A DNA stretch of 64,000 nt from an uncultured Actinomycetes bacterium (GCA_963709345.1 CAVPVX010000002.1:1-64000); one strand, 5' to 3'. Positions 28,825 to 39,420 are shown, counted from the first letter of the stretch. Program-made: numbers and translations. Notes: a model not told the origin generated them from the sequence alone.

Positions 28825-29694
28825 CTACTCCAGGTGGGCCAGGAGCTCTCGCGAGAGGTCGCCGTGGTAGATCTCCTCGGCGGGGCCCGTCATGAACACA
28901 CGCCAATCCGGGCGCACCTCGACCTCGAGCCGCCCGCCGGGAAGCTCGACCGTCACCGGGCTCCGACACTGACCCGTGCGCACGAGCGCGACCGCGGTGG
29001 CCGTGGCGCCGGTGCCGCAGGCGCGGGTCTCCCCCACGCCGCGCTCCCAGACGCGAATGCGCGCCTCGTGCTCGCCGACGACCTTGACGAACTCCACATT
29101 GGCCTTGCGCGGGAAGTACCGGTGGGTCTCGATCACCGGGCCGATCTCGTGCAGCGGAACCAGCTCGAGCGGCCAGGGAGACTGGATGACGGCGTGAGGA
29201 TTGCCGACATCGACGAACGTGAAGGTGAAGCTGCGCCCGGCGGCGTTGAGAGACTCCTCGACGCAGTCGGCCTCGAAGCCGTCGAGCTTCTCGCCGCCGA
29301 AGCGGGCGAGGCCCATGTCGACGGTCACCTGGAATCCCTCGCCCAGCTTGGGGACGATCTCGCCGGCGCCCGTCTCGAGGACGACGGTGTCACCGGTGAT
29401 CGCTCCTTCCATCTTCAGCTTGCGGGCCACCATGCGCACACCGTTGCCGCACATCTCGGCCTCACTGCCGTCAGGGTTGTAGATGCGCAGCGCGAAGCGC
29501 GCGTCACCGGTCCGCGCGCCGATGAGCAGGATCCCGTCCGATCCGATCCCGACATTGCGGTCGCACAGCAAGCGGACCCGCTCGGGCGTGAGCTCGAACG
29601 GCAGCTGATCGCCGTGGAGGACGATGTAGTTGTTACCGAGGCCCTGCCACTTTGAGAACTGGACCTTACCGAGGCCCTGCCACTGAGGTTGCAC
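28825..29694 (-). CDS. dapF: Diaminopimelate epimerase
   Basis: KWQGLGNNY, NPDGSEAEMCGNG, GNPH, ERGVGETRACGTG. Confidence 0.96.
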   Translation of the reverse strand: MQPQWQGLGKVQFSKWQGLGNNYIVLHGDQLPFELTPERVRLLCDRNVGIGSDGILLIGARTGDARFALRIYNPDGSEAEMCGNGVRMVARKLKMEGAITGDTVVLETGAGEIVPKLGEGFQVTVDMGLARFGGEKLDGFEADCVEESLNAAGRSFTFTFVDVGNPHAVIQSPWPLELVPLHEIGPVIETHRYFPRKANVEFVKVVGEHEARIRVWERGVGETRACGTGATATAVALVRTGQCRSPVTVELPGGRLEVEVRPDWRVFMTGPAEEIYHGDLSRELLAHLE

Positions 29695-29754
29695 GCGTCA
29701 CGACCCCCTGTGAGATGGAGCGCCCGCGATACCGCAGGGGCTGGTGCCCGAATC

Positions 29755-30705
29755 CTACCACGAGCCGTTCGTGAGGAGTTCGTCGACGGCGGCCGCGACC
29801 ACGGCCGGCGGCCGCCCCGCCGCAGGCACTGCGGCGGCCGCCGGCAGCTTGCGCATCCAGGTGAGCTGCCGGCGCGCCAGGGCGCGCGTGCGCGCCTTCA
29901 TGCGCGCCGCCGCCTCCTCGAGAGCGAGCTCTCGGTCGAGGACGGCGCTGAGCTCCCGCACGCCGATCGCCTGGGCGGCGGTGCGCGAGAACGGCCCCCC
30001 GGCACGCGCCGCCTCGACCTCGTCGAGCGCGCCGGCGGCGAGCATCTCGTCGACGCGCGCCTCGATGCGGCTGCTCAGCGCGCTGCGGTCCTCGTCCGGC
30101 GCCAGCGCCACGAGGCGGTGGGCGTAGCGCTCGCCGGGACTCCACAAGCGGTCGTGCCGCGCCGGGCCGGCCCACGCGGGCTGTCGGCCGGACGCAGCCG
30201 CGTCCTCCAGAGCCCGGATCACGCGGCGCCCGTTGCGCAGGTCGATGCGCGCGGCCACCTCCGGCGCCACGCGCACGAGCTCGGCGCCCAGAGCCTCGGC
30301 GTCACGCGCCCAACGCTCCTCGAGCAGGCGCCGCCGCTCCGCGTCGGGCGGCGCCCCGAAGTCCAGCCCGCCGAGGGCCGCGCGCAGGTAGAGGCCGGAC
30401 CCGCCTTCGACGATCACCCGCCGCCCGCGCGCGAGCACCTCGTCCATCACGGCGTGAGCGCGCTCGGCGAACTCCGCGACGGTGAACTCCCGCTGCGGCG
30501 GGACGATGCCGACGAGGTGGTGCCGCGCGGCGGCGCGCTGGGCCTCGTCCGGCTGGTTGGTCACGATACCGAGCCCCGCGTACACCTGCATCGAGTCGGC
30601 GACCACGATGTCGGCGCCGATCCGGCGTGAGAGCTCCACGGCGACGTCGCTCTTGCCCAGAGCGGTCGCGCCGAAGAGCGCGACCACGGGCGGCGCCTCA
30701 GCCAT
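29755..30705 (-). CDS. miaA: tRNA dimethylallyltransferase
   Basis: GATALGKS, ADSMQVY, HHL, GGSGLY, ARRQLTW. Confidence 0.95.
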   Translation of the reverse strand: MAEAPPVVALFGATALGKSDVAVELSRRIGADIVVADSMQVYAGLGIVTNQPDEAQRAAARHHLVGIVPPQREFTVAEFAERAHAVMDEVLARGRRVIVEGGSGLYLRAALGGLDFGAPPDAERRRLLEERWARDAEALGAELVRVAPEVAARIDLRNGRRVIRALEDAAASGRQPAWAGPARHDRLWSPGERYAHRLVALAPDEDRSALSSRIEARVDEMLAAGALDEVEAARAGGPFSRTAAQAIGVRELSAVLDRELALEEAAARMKARTRALARRQLTWMRKLPAAAAVPAAGRPPAVVAAAVDELLTNGSW

Positions 30706-31264
30706 CCGCCCCGTGCGCTGCAGCCGCCGGCGGCTCCGCCCGCGGCGGGTCGCCCTCGCGGTACCGCTCCACGGTGAAGCGTTCGACGTCGAACACCTCG
30801 TCGCCGCGGATACCCGCCTTCTGCAGCGCTATCCCTACCTGCGCGGCGATGGTGTCGATACCGTCCAGCGCCGGGAGCAGCACGCCGCGTCGGGAGCGCG
30901 TCTGCACGATCACTCCGTACACGGCCGGGTCGAGGTCGCTCACGGTGCAGGCGTAGCTGGGACTCAGAACGTCGACGGAGACCGTGAGGGCCTCGAACTC
31001 CTCACGGTCGACGGGAGGAAAGCGAGGGTCCTGGAGCGCGGACGAGCGGGCGTTGCGCGCGATCTCCGTGCCGAGTGCGGTCTCGGCCGGCTCGAGCGTG
31101 CCGATGCAGCCGCGCAGTTCGCCGTGCTTCTTGAGCGTCACGAAGCAGGCGGCGCGCTGCTCGTAGAAGGGATCGTCCGGAGCGGGCGGCGCAGCCTGCC
31201 CCGCCACGTAGCGGCCCACACAGGCACGGGCGTAGTCGGCCGGGCCGGGCACGGGCTCCGTCAC
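30698..31264 (-). CDS. amrA: AMMECR1-domain protein (AmmeMemoRadiSam protein A)
   Basis: ACFVTLKKHGELRGCIGT, DPRFPPV, SVDVLS, GVLLP. Confidence 0.9.
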   Translation of the reverse strand: MTEPVPGPADYARACVGRYVAGQAAPPAPDDPFYEQRAACFVTLKKHGELRGCIGTLEPAETALGTEIARNARSSALQDPRFPPVDREEFEALTVSVDVLSPSYACTVSDLDPAVYGVIVQTRSRRGVLLPALDGIDTIAAQVGIALQKAGIRGDEVFDVERFTVERYREGDPPRAEPPAAAAHGADG

Positions 31265-32058
31265 CCGGCCTCGTGCCGTGCTCGAGACGCCGGCGCGCCG
31301 AAGCGCGCGACGAGGTAGCCGACCCCGTAGGGTCCTTCGTAGCTCAGGATCTCCGGATCGACCAGCGCGTCGTCGCCGAGAAAGCCCCCGAGGGCCACGA
31401 CGCTGCGCAGCCCGCACTCCGCGGCGCCCTCGAGCAGCACGGGCTCGATGCGCGTGAGGCCGGCGAAGTCGCCGATGCCGAGCAGGCTCACAAGTTCGTC
31501 GTCGAACAGCTTGCCGCGCGGGTCGTACGGAGCCGGCGCGTCGTGCGTGAGCGCGTGCGAGAGGTCGCCCGACGCCACGAAGAGCGTGTCGCGGCCAAGT
31601 TCTTCGGCGCAACGCCGCACGAGCTTCCCCAGGGTGCGGTGCTCCGCGTAGGGGCCCACGACCGACAGGGCGACGATCTGCTGCGGCTTGAGAAAGCTGA
31701 GCGGCACCAGCACGCCCCAGTCGAGCACGTCCCCCTCGTCCGGCAAGAGGCTCAACTGCCGGTAGTCGCCGGCGAACGCCAGAAGAAGCTCGGCGAACTG
31801 CACGTCGTTCTGATGCGCGAAGGTCACGTCGGGACAGCGGAAGCGCCCGAAGTCACCGCGAAGTCGCGGTGAGGTCTTGACGGCGTGAGCGTCGCCGAAC
31901 CCGTCGGCGTGGGGGGAGATGACCACGATGGTGTCGGGCTCTCCGATCGACTCTGCGAGCCGTTCCATGGCTGCGATGGTGTCCACTACCTTGCCGCGGC
32001 CGGCGCCGCCGACCTCGGGGATGAGCAGCGGCGGATGGGGACAGATGCAACCTTGCAT
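31261..32058 (-). CDS. Memo/LigB-like (class III extradiol dioxygenase fold) protein
   Basis: PHPPLLIPEVG, VISPH, LDWGVLVPL, ASGDLSH, ECGLRS, YEGPYGVGY. Confidence 0.85.
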   Translation of the reverse strand: MQGCICPHPPLLIPEVGGAGRGKVVDTIAAMERLAESIGEPDTIVVISPHADGFGDAHAVKTSPRLRGDFGRFRCPDVTFAHQNDVQFAELLLAFAGDYRQLSLLPDEGDVLDWGVLVPLSFLKPQQIVALSVVGPYAEHRTLGKLVRRCAEELGRDTLFVASGDLSHALTHDAPAPYDPRGKLFDDELVSLLGIGDFAGLTRIEPVLLEGAAECGLRSVVALGGFLGDDALVDPEILSYEGPYGVGYLVARFGAPASRARHEAG

Positions 32059-32080
32059 ACCAGCACCTCCTGGTCTCGGC

Positions 32081-33403
32081 TCAGAGCCTGCCGCGCAGCG
32101 TGGTGGAGGTCGCTCCGGTGATCTCCACCTCCACTATAGCACCGGACCCGACGGCCCTCGGGAGATTCACCGTCACGTTCTGGCGGGTTCGGCCGCGCAC
32201 GGATTCACCGTCACGGCTCGGTCCCTCGACGAGGACCTCCGCCGTCCGTCCGATCCAGGCGCGCCGCGACTCCAGGGCGAGCTCCTGCGTGAGCTCCACG
32301 AGCCGCTCGACGCGCTCGCGCCGGACCTCCGGCGGCACCTGGTCAGGGAGTCCGGCGGCGGCGGTGCCGCTCCGCGGCGAGTACACGAACGTGAACGCCG
32401 CGTCGAACGCCGCCGCCTTGACGAGGCCGATCGTCGCCGCGAAGTCGGCCTCGGTCTCGCCGGGGAAGCCCGCGATCAGGTCGGTCGTGATGCTCACGTC
32501 CCGGACCGCCGCGCGAAGCGCGGCCACACGCTCCAGATACTCCGCCGCCGTGTACCCGCGCCCCATGGCCGCGAGCACCCTGTCGGAGCCGGCCTGCGCC
32601 GGCAGGTGCACGTGCTCGCACACGCTGGGCAGTTCCGCCACCGCCTCCACCAGCGAGTCGCCGAGGTCCTTGGGGTGCGACGTCATGAAGCGCACGCGAT
32701 CCAGGCCCTCGACCTCGTCGAGCCGCCTGAGGAGAGCCGGGAAGTCCGCCGCGCCGCCCTCGCCGAAGCGCCGCAGGTCGAGACCGTACGCGTTGACGTT
32801 CTGACCGAGAAGCGTCACCTCGCGCACGCCGTCGGCCACCAGCGCCTCCACCTCGTCGACGACGTCGCCGGCGGGGCGGCTGCGCTCCGGTCCGCGGACG
32901 AACGGCACGATGCAGTACGTGCAGAAGTTGGTGCAGCCGCTCATGACCTGCACCCAAGCCTGGAAGGGCCGTTCTCGCCGCCCGGGCAGCCGGCCGCTGA
33001 GGTCCGGCCCGTCCTCGAAGTACCCGGGGTGCGAGATCCCCCCCGCCTCGGCGACGGTCGCGAGCAGCTCGGGCAGGCGGTGCAGGTTCTGTGGGCCGAG
33101 GGCGCCGTCGACGAAAGGGAAGCGCGCGAAGAGCCCGGCCTGCTCCGCCTGCGGCAGGCAGCCCGTGACCACCACGACCCGTCCCGGCCGCTCGCGCTTG
33201 AGCCGCGCGGCCGTGCCGAGGTGCCCGGCAAGACGGTCGTCGGCGCTCTTGCGCACCGTGCACGTGTTGTAGACGAGCAGGTCGGCGTCTTCCGGCCGGT
33301 CCGCGCGTTCCAGGCCCTCCGCCTCGAGCAGCGCGCAGATGCGCTCCGCGTCATGAGCGTTCATCTGGCAGCCGAACGAGCGCAGATAATAGGAATCATC
33401 CAT
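32081..33403 (-). CDS. miaB: tRNA-2-methylthio-N6-dimethylallyladenosine synthase
   Basis: FGCQMN.HD, NTCTVR, GCTNFCTYCIVP, YSPRSGT, C-terminal TRAM. Confidence 0.93.
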   Translation of the reverse strand: MDDSYYLRSFGCQMNAHDAERICALLEAEGLERADRPEDADLLVYNTCTVRKSADDRLAGHLGTAARLKRERPGRVVVVTGCLPQAEQAGLFARFPFVDGALGPQNLHRLPELLATVAEAGGISHPGYFEDGPDLSGRLPGRRERPFQAWVQVMSGCTNFCTYCIVPFVRGPERSRPAGDVVDEVEALVADGVREVTLLGQNVNAYGLDLRRFGEGGAADFPALLRRLDEVEGLDRVRFMTSHPKDLGDSLVEAVAELPSVCEHVHLPAQAGSDRVLAAMGRGYTAAEYLERVAALRAAVRDVSITTDLIAGFPGETEADFAATIGLVKAAAFDAAFTFVYSPRSGTAAAGLPDQVPPEVRRERVERLVELTQELALESRRAWIGRTAEVLVEGPSRDGESVRGRTRQNVTVNLPRAVGSGAIVEVEITGATSTTLRGRL

Positions 33404-33449
33404 GGTCACAGCGGCTCCCGGCGCGCGCAGCCGCCCGCCCCGCACCAGC

Positions 33450-34982
33450 CTACTTGGCGATGTCCACGGCGCGGCTCTCCCGGATGACCGTCACGCGGAT
33501 CTGCCCCGGGTAGTCGAGCTGGCCCTCGATGTCCCGGGCGATCTCGTGCGCCAGCAGGGTCGTCGCGTCGTCGTCGATCTCGCCGGGCCTGACCATCACG
33601 CGCACCTCGCGGCCGGCCTGCATGGCGTAGCACTTCTCGACGCCCTTCTTGCTCTCCGCGATGTGCTCGAGTGACTCCAGGCGCTTGATGTAGTTCTCCA
33701 GCGACTCGCGACGGGCTCCCGGGCGGGCGGCGCTGATCGCGTCGGCCGCCTGCACGAGCACCGCTTCGATCGTCTGCGCCTCGACGTCCTGGTGGTGCGC
33801 CTGGATCGCGTGGCACACGCTCTGTGACTCGCGGAACTTCTTGCAGAGTTGCTGCGAGATCTCGGCGTGGGATCCGTCGACCTCGTGGTCCACGGCTTTG
33901 CCGATGTCGTGGAGGAGGCCGGCGCGCTTGGCGATCTTGACGTTGGCGCCGAGCTCGGCCGCCATCATGCCGGCCAGGTGAGCGACCTCGATCGAGTGGT
34001 TCAGCACGTTCTGACCATAGCTCGTACGGTACTTGAGGCGCCCGAGGACTTTGACCAGCTCGGGCGCCACCCCGTGCACGTTGGTGTCGAAACAGGCCTG
34101 CTCCCCGGCCTCTTCCATGGCGGCCTCGACCTCGGCCTTCGCCGCCGTGAAGGTCTCCTCGATGCGCGCCGGGTGGATGCGGCCATCGGTGATGAGCTTG
34201 GTGAGGGTCAGACGAGCCGTCTCGCGACGCACGCCGTCGAACCCGGAGAGCACGACGGCCTCCGGTGTGTCGTCGATGATGAAGTCGATGCCGGTGATGT
34301 TCTCGAGCGTGCGGATGTTGCGGCCCTCACGGCCGATGATGCGGCCCTTCATGTCGTCTGACGGCAGGTTGACCACCGAGACGGTGGTCTCGGCGACATG
34401 GTTCGCGGCTGTGCGCTGGATGCTCAGCGAGAGGATGTTGCGGGCGCGGCGGTCGGCCTCACGCCTCGCCTCTTCCTCGATCTGGCGGACGAGCCGGGCC
34501 ATCTCGTGACGCGCCTCGTCCTCCGTCTGCTTCAGCAGCATCTCCTTGGCCTGTGCCGCGCTCAGCCCGGAGATGCGCTCGAGCTGGATCATCGCCTCGT
34601 CGTGCGTGTTCTGCAGCTCGTCGTTCATCTTCTGGCTGTGAGCATCGCGGTCGCGGATCGACTGCTCGCGACGGTCCTGCTCGGCGGCGCGAGCGTCGAT
34701 CGCCTGTTCGCGCTGCAGCATGCGCTGCTCCGCTCTGCCCAGCTCTTCCCGTCGGTCGCGCAGCTCGGCCTCGACTTCGCCACGGACGCGGTGCACCTCT
34801 TCCTTGGCCTCGAGGCGCGCCTCCTTGACGAGGGTGTCCGCCTCGCGCCTGGCGTCCTTGAGGACCTTCTCGGCCTCGCGCTCGGCGCCGGCCAGCTTGC
34901 CCGAGGCGAGATTGCGCCGGATCAGGTACCCCGCCATGACACCGACGGCCAACCCGATAACGATATACACGGCAGTCATCAT
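33450..34982 (-). CDS. rny: Ribonuclease Y
   Basis: TM plus coiled coil; [13 protein letters not shown] (KH); LLHDIGK (HD); [10 protein letters not shown]. Confidence 0.98.
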   Translation of the reverse strand: MMTAVYIVIGLAVGVMAGYLIRRNLASGKLAGAEREAEKVLKDARREADTLVKEARLEAKEEVHRVRGEVEAELRDRREELGRAEQRMLQREQAIDARAAEQDRREQSIRDRDAHSQKMNDELQNTHDEAMIQLERISGLSAAQAKEMLLKQTEDEARHEMARLVRQIEEEARREADRRARNILSLSIQRTAANHVAETTVSVVNLPSDDMKGRIIGREGRNIRTLENITGIDFIIDDTPEAVVLSGFDGVRRETARLTLTKLITDGRIHPARIEETFTAAKAEVEAAMEEAGEQACFDTNVHGVAPELVKVLGRLKYRTSYGQNVLNHSIEVAHLAGMMAAELGANVKIAKRAGLLHDIGKAVDHEVDGSHAEISQQLCKKFRESQSVCHAIQAHHQDVEAQTIEAVLVQAADAISAARPGARRESLENYIKRLESLEHIAESKKGVEKCYAMQAGREVRVMVRPGEIDDDATTLLAHEIARDIEGQLDYPGQIRVTVIRESRAVDIAK

Positions 34983-35015
34983 GTTCGTCCTATCCCTTCA
35001 CAGGTCACGCGGCAC

Positions 35016-35043
35016 GAAAAAGGCCGGGCAACGCGCCCGGCCT
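35016..35043 (-). terminator. Intrinsic terminator after the 6S-like RNA
   Basis: AGGCCGGGC-GCGTT-GCCCGGCCT-TTTTC on the minus strand. Confidence 0.8.
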
Positions 35044-35250
35044 GTGCCACGCTCGCACCTGCATGCTCTACCAGTCTGAACCTATGACGACGCCCAGGGG
35101 TCAGGACTACTCGGAATGCTGGGAACCTCCCAATTCTTCCACGATTAACCCCTGGTCCGATCTGGTTCAGCCAATCGGCGCCGCAGCGCCGTCTGTATCG
35201 CTATACAAGAGCGAGAGTGGAATACACAAAGCACGCGCACACGTCGCGCG
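35044..35250 (-). ncRNA. 6S-like structured RNA
   Basis: Nested pairings CTGAACC/GGTTCAG, CCAGGGGTTA/TGACCCCTGG, TGGGA/TCCCA, GCGTGCTTTG/TAGAGCATGC; own promoter and terminator; upstream of rny. Confidence 0.6.
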
Positions 35251-35255
35251 CCTCG

Positions 35256-35285
35256 ATAGTACGCGATGGCGGCTCACATAGTCAA
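35256..35285 (-). promoter_or_regulatory. Sigma70-type promoter for the ncRNA
   Basis: TTGACT-N18-TACTAT. Confidence 0.6.
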
Positions 35286-35921
35286 TTCGCCGTCGGGCGG
35301 CGCGGACCCGGACCACCGGCGCACGGCGGCGTAGGCGACCGCACCCGTGAACCCCCGCCGCAGAAGCGCCTGGTACGCCTTTCGCCGGGCGGCATCCAGC
35401 GGCGGAGCCGGCGCGCCGCGCCGGCGAAGGACGGCCAGGGCGCGCTCGAGTTCCTCCCCCCGGCCCTCCCCCGACTCGTCGAGCTGGGCGTCGATCACCT
35501 CCGGCGCGACGCCCAACTCCGCCAGGCCACGACGAATGCGCCCGCTGCCCCAGCCTGAAAGCCCGCGCTTGTCGGCGACGTACCGGCGGGCGAACTCCGC
35601 GTCGTCGAGCAGACCGGCGTCGGCGAGCGTGTCGAGCGCCGACGCCACCGCCGTCTGCTCGTGCCCCTTCTCGACCAGCCGCCGCCGAAGCTCCGCGCGA
35701 CTGCGGGCACGGTGCCCGAGCAGCCGGTACGCATCTGACACGACCCGCTCGGTCGAAGCAGCCGTGCGCAGCTGGAGCAGCGCCTCGTCATCCAGCTCAC
35801 GGCCCTTGAAGAGCCGCCAGCGGGCGACCATCGACTCTCCGATGGTGCACACGTACTCTCCGTCCACGTGCAGCGCCACTCCCCCGCGGCGGGTGGCACG
35901 GAGCGCGGTGACGACGGGCAC
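35274..35921 (-). CDS. recX: Regulatory protein RecX
   Basis: RARSRAELRRRL, LLDDAEFA, WGSGRIRRGL, LLRRGF; follows recA. Confidence 0.92.
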   Translation of the reverse strand: MPVVTALRATRRGGVALHVDGEYVCTIGESMVARWRLFKGRELDDEALLQLRTAASTERVVSDAYRLLGHRARSRAELRRRLVEKGHEQTAVASALDTLADAGLLDDAEFARRYVADKRGLSGWGSGRIRRGLAELGVAPEVIDAQLDESGEGRGEELERALAVLRRRGAPAPPLDAARRKAYQALLRRGFTGAVAYAAVRRWSGSAPPDGELTM

Positions 35922-35923
35922 GA

Positions 35924-37012
35924 CTACGCCTTGAGAACCTCGCCGGTCACCGGGTCGACGCCGGCGGGCACGGCGGGCTTCGCCGCCTTCGCAGCCGGCT
36001 TCGTGGCCTCGGCGCCTCCGGGCGCGACGGGCAGGCCCGCCTTCTCCCGGATCTGCGCCTCGATGGCGTCGGCCATGTCCGGGTTCTCCTTGAGGAACGC
36101 CTTGGCGTTGGCGCGCCCCTGGCCGAGCCGCTCGTCGTTGTAGCTGAAGAAGGCGCCGCTCTTGGCGACCACATCGTGGACGACGCCGAGGTCGAGCAGC
36201 GTGCCCTCTCGAGAGATGCCCTCGCCGTACATGATGTCGAACTCGGCCATCTTGAACGGCGGCGCGACCTTGTTCTTGACCACCTTGACGCGGCAGCGGT
36301 TGCCGACGGCCTCGGTGCCGTCTTTGAGAGTCTCGATGCGGCGGATGTCGAGGCGGATGGTGGCGTAGAACTTGAGCGCCTTGCCGCCGGTGGTGACCTC
36401 GGGGTTGCCGAACATCACGCCGATCTTCTCGCGCAGTTGGTTGGTGAAGCAGCAGATCGTGCCCGACCGGTTCAGCGTACCGGCGAGCTTGCGCAGCGCC
36501 TGGCTCATGAGCCGCGCCTGGAGGCCGACGAAGCTGTCGCCCATCTCACCCTCGATCTCGGCCTTGGGTGTGAGCGCCGCGACGGAGTCGATGGCGACGA
36601 TGTCGAGGGCGCCGCTCCGCACCAGCATCTCGGCGATCTCCAGAGCCTGCTCGCCGTAGTCGGGCTGCGAGACCAGCAGGTTGTCGACGTCGACGCCGAT
36701 GGCCTTGGCGTAGATGGGATCCATGGCGTGCTCGGCGTCGATGAACGCCGCCTGGCCGCCGAGCCTCTGTGCCTGGGCGATCAGGTGGTACACCATGGTG
36801 GTCTTGCCCGACGACTCCGGGCCGAAGATCTCGACGATGCGGCCGCGCGGGATGCCGCCGACGCCGAGCGCGATGTCGAGAGCGAGCGAGCCGGTCGGCA
36901 CGAACTGCATGTCGTCGCTGACCGGGTGGTCGCCGAGGCGCATCACACTGCCCTTGCCGAACTGACGCTCTATCTGTGTGACGGCCGCCTCGAGGGCTTT
37001 GTCCTTGTCCAA
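35924..37012 (-). CDS. recA: Recombinase RecA
   Basis: [36 protein letters not shown]. Confidence 0.99.
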   Translation of the reverse strand: MDKDKALEAAVTQIERQFGKGSVMRLGDHPVSDDMQFVPTGSLALDIALGVGGIPRGRIVEIFGPESSGKTTMVYHLIAQAQRLGGQAAFIDAEHAMDPIYAKAIGVDVDNLLVSQPDYGEQALEIAEMLVRSGALDIVAIDSVAALTPKAEIEGEMGDSFVGLQARLMSQALRKLAGTLNRSGTICCFTNQLREKIGVMFGNPEVTTGGKALKFYATIRLDIRRIETLKDGTEAVGNRCRVKVVKNKVAPPFKMAEFDIMYGEGISREGTLLDLGVVHDVVAKSGAFFSYNDERLGQGRANAKAFLKENPDMADAIEAQIREKAGLPVAPGGAEATKPAAKAAKPAVPAGVDPVTGEVLKA

Positions 37013-37031
37013 GGTAGCGCTCCTCTCTTGC

Positions 37032-37583
37032 TCAGGACGCGGGAAAGACTGCTACGGGAACGTGCACGGCGCCGGCCCGCTCCAGGTGGCTACTATACAA
37101 GACCATCCGGACGACACCAAACTCCGGAATGGTTACGTTTTGCAGGGAAAACGGGTGACCGGGGCGGCGGAATCGGGCCACCGTCACGTGAGGCAGCCAC
37201 GGGCGTTTCTCGGGCGTGTGGAGCGACGCCGCCTCCAGGGCCGAGACCGCCTCCGACTGCACGGCGCGCAGGCCGCCGTCCTCGTCCTCCAGCTCCAGCG
37301 CCACGACACGGCGGCGCCCGTGCCCGGGCAGGAAGACCGGCCCCTTCACGGCGGCGCGGGCTCCGTTCCAGCGGACGCCGCCGAGCGCGTGCTCGACCTC
37401 AGGGACGCGCGCTTCCGGCACCTCGCCGAGAAAGACGAGCGTCAGGTGCAGGGACCGCACCGTGCGCAGTTCCCGACGTGGCGCGAGCTCCGAGCGCTGC
37501 CAGGCTACCACGGCGTCCTCGACAGGCCCGGGGAGGTCGCAGGCGACGAAGAGGCGCTGCCGCGCGCCCTCGCCGCCCGTCAC
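37032..37583 (-). CDS. thpR: RNA 2',3'-cyclic phosphodiesterase (2H family)
   Basis: [20 protein letters not shown]. Confidence 0.9.
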   Translation of the reverse strand: MTGGEGARQRLFVACDLPGPVEDAVVAWQRSELAPRRELRTVRSLHLTLVFLGEVPEARVPEVEHALGGVRWNGARAAVKGPVFLPGHGRRRVVALELEDEDGGLRAVQSEAVSALEAASLHTPEKRPWLPHVTVARFRRPGHPFSLQNVTIPEFGVVRMVLYSSHLERAGAVHVPVAVFPAS

Positions 37584-38830
37584 CGGGAGAGGGAGCGGCG
37601 CAGCAGGTGCAGCGCGGCCGACACGCTGTACCGGCGCACGCTGTCGCGGTCGCCGGGGAAGGAGCCCTGATGCACCCGCGTACCCTCCGCGGTCGCGCAC
37701 CCGGCGTAGACGAGCCCCACCGGCTTCTCCGGCGTGCCGCCGCCCGGCCCGGCGACCCCGGTCAGCGAAAGCCCGACGTCAGCGCCCACCGCCCGACGGA
37801 CCCCCTCGGCCATGGCCGCGGCGACCTGCCGCGAGACGGCGCCGTGCTGCGTCAGCTCCTCGAACGGGACCCCCAGGCGCTCGACCTTGACGCTGTCCGC
37901 GTAGCTGATCACGCCGCCGAGGAAGTACTCGGAGCTCCCGGGACGGTCGGTGAGCCGGGCGCCCAGCAAGCCGCCGGTGCATGACTCGGCGACGGCGACC
38001 GTGCGCCCCGCCGCGAGCAGTCCCTCGGCCACGATGTCGTCGACCGTGCGCCCGTCGTCGCTGAACACGGGCGCGCCGGCACAGAGAGCCGCCACGACGG
38101 CCTCTTCCTGGGCAGCTGCCGCTGCCGTGGCCGCCGACCGCAGGCGCACGGTCACCTCTCCCCCGCCGACGTTGATCCCAAGCTCCAGCAGATCTCGCTC
38201 AAGGCCTTCGAGCAGCGGCGCGACCTGCAGCTCACCGACCCCGTAGATGCGCAGGATCCGCAGGCGGACCGCGGGGAAGAAGCCGGCACCCTCAAGCCCC
38301 TCCGCGATCGCCCGCCACATGCCGCGGAACTCGAAGGGCACGCCCGGCAGCGCGTAGATGCGCGTGCCGCCGGAGCGAGCCTCGATGCCCGGCGCGACAC
38401 CGGCCGGAGGGATCGCCATGCTGCCGGCCGGCAGCATGGCCTGCCGGCGCGCGAGCGCGAACAGCGCATCGAAGTCCGCGCCCCGCCGCTCCGCGACGGC
38501 GCGCACCCGCTCCTCGAGCATCGTCAACGCTTCCCGGTGCTCCAGGAGTGGCACGTCGAGCACTTCCGCGAGGCACTCGGCCGTAAGGTCGTCGTGGGTC
38601 GTCCCAAGGCCGCCGCCCACGACCAGGACGTCCGGATCCGAGGACAGCGCGTGGCGCAGGGCGGCGGTCAGCCGTTCCCGGTCGTCGGCCACCGTGATGA
38701 CCTCCGTCACCTTCGCCCCGCGTCTGCTGAGGTCGTCGGCCACGAACGCACCGTTGAGATCCTGCGTGCGCCCGTCGAGGAGCTCGTTGCCGCTCAGGAC
38801 GGCAACGGCGCGTGGCGCGCCCGACAACAT
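37580..38830 (-). CDS. cinA: CinA (molybdopterin-binding-like plus NMN deamidase)
   Basis: GNELLDG...N, GGLGTTHDDLT, AESCTGG, GSSEYF, GAVS. Confidence 0.93.
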   Translation of the reverse strand: MLSGAPRAVAVLSGNELLDGRTQDLNGAFVADDLSRRGAKVTEVITVADDRERLTAALRHALSSDPDVLVVGGGLGTTHDDLTAECLAEVLDVPLLEHREALTMLEERVRAVAERRGADFDALFALARRQAMLPAGSMAIPPAGVAPGIEARSGGTRIYALPGVPFEFRGMWRAIAEGLEGAGFFPAVRLRILRIYGVGELQVAPLLEGLERDLLELGINVGGGEVTVRLRSAATAAAAAQEEAVVAALCAGAPVFSDDGRTVDDIVAEGLLAAGRTVAVAESCTGGLLGARLTDRPGSSEYFLGGVISYADSVKVERLGVPFEELTQHGAVSRQVAAAMAEGVRRAVGADVGLSLTGVAGPGGGTPEKPVGLVYAGCATAEGTRVHQGSFPGDRDSVRRYSVSAALHLLRRSLSR

Positions 38831-39420
38831 CAGCCCGTGCTCCCCGGCAGGCGGATCACGCCACGTGCGTTCACGAAGTAGCGCACGCCGCTGGCGAGCG
38901 TGACCACGACCACGACGACCGCGAGCGCCCACTGGATGACGACGGCGACGTCGGTGGACACGTGGATGAGCTCGGCGATGTCGGCCGTCGGCACGAGCAC
39001 GTACACCACGTACACGATCTGCAGCACGGTCTTGAGCTTGCCGTACTTGTCGGCGGGGATGGACACGCCCTGCGAGGCCCCCACGATGCGCAGAACGCTC
39101 ACGGCGATCTCGCGGCCGATGATGACCATCGCGACCCAGGCGGCGACCCTGTCCTGGCTCACCAGGGCGATCAGCGCCGCCGCGATGAGCAACTTGTCGG
39201 CCAGCGGGTCGAGGAACTGGCCGAGCGTCGTGATCTGTTTGCTGCGTCGCGCCACGTAGCCGTCGAGCTTGTCGGTGGCCGCCGCGATGATGAAGACGGC
39301 GGCGGCGAGGATGTCCCCGTACGGCTCCGGGATCCCCGCGAGAAGGACGAGCAGGAACACGGGGATGAGCAGGATCCGGCTGATGGTGATGGCATTGGCG
39401 AGGTTCAGCTGGCTGCTCAC
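38830..39420 (-). CDS. pgsA: CDP-diacylglycerol--glycerol-3-phosphate 3-phosphatidyltransferase
   Basis: TDKLDGYVAR...LGQFLDPLADK, GKLKT. Confidence 0.93.
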   Translation of the reverse strand: MSSQLNLANAITISRILLIPVFLLVLLAGIPEPYGDILAAAVFIIAAATDKLDGYVARRSKQITTLGQFLDPLADKLLIAAALIALVSQDRVAAWVAMVIIGREIAVSVLRIVGASQGVSIPADKYGKLKTVLQIVYVVYVLVPTADIAELIHVSTDVAVVIQWALAVVVVVVTLASGVRYFVNARGVIRLPGSTG

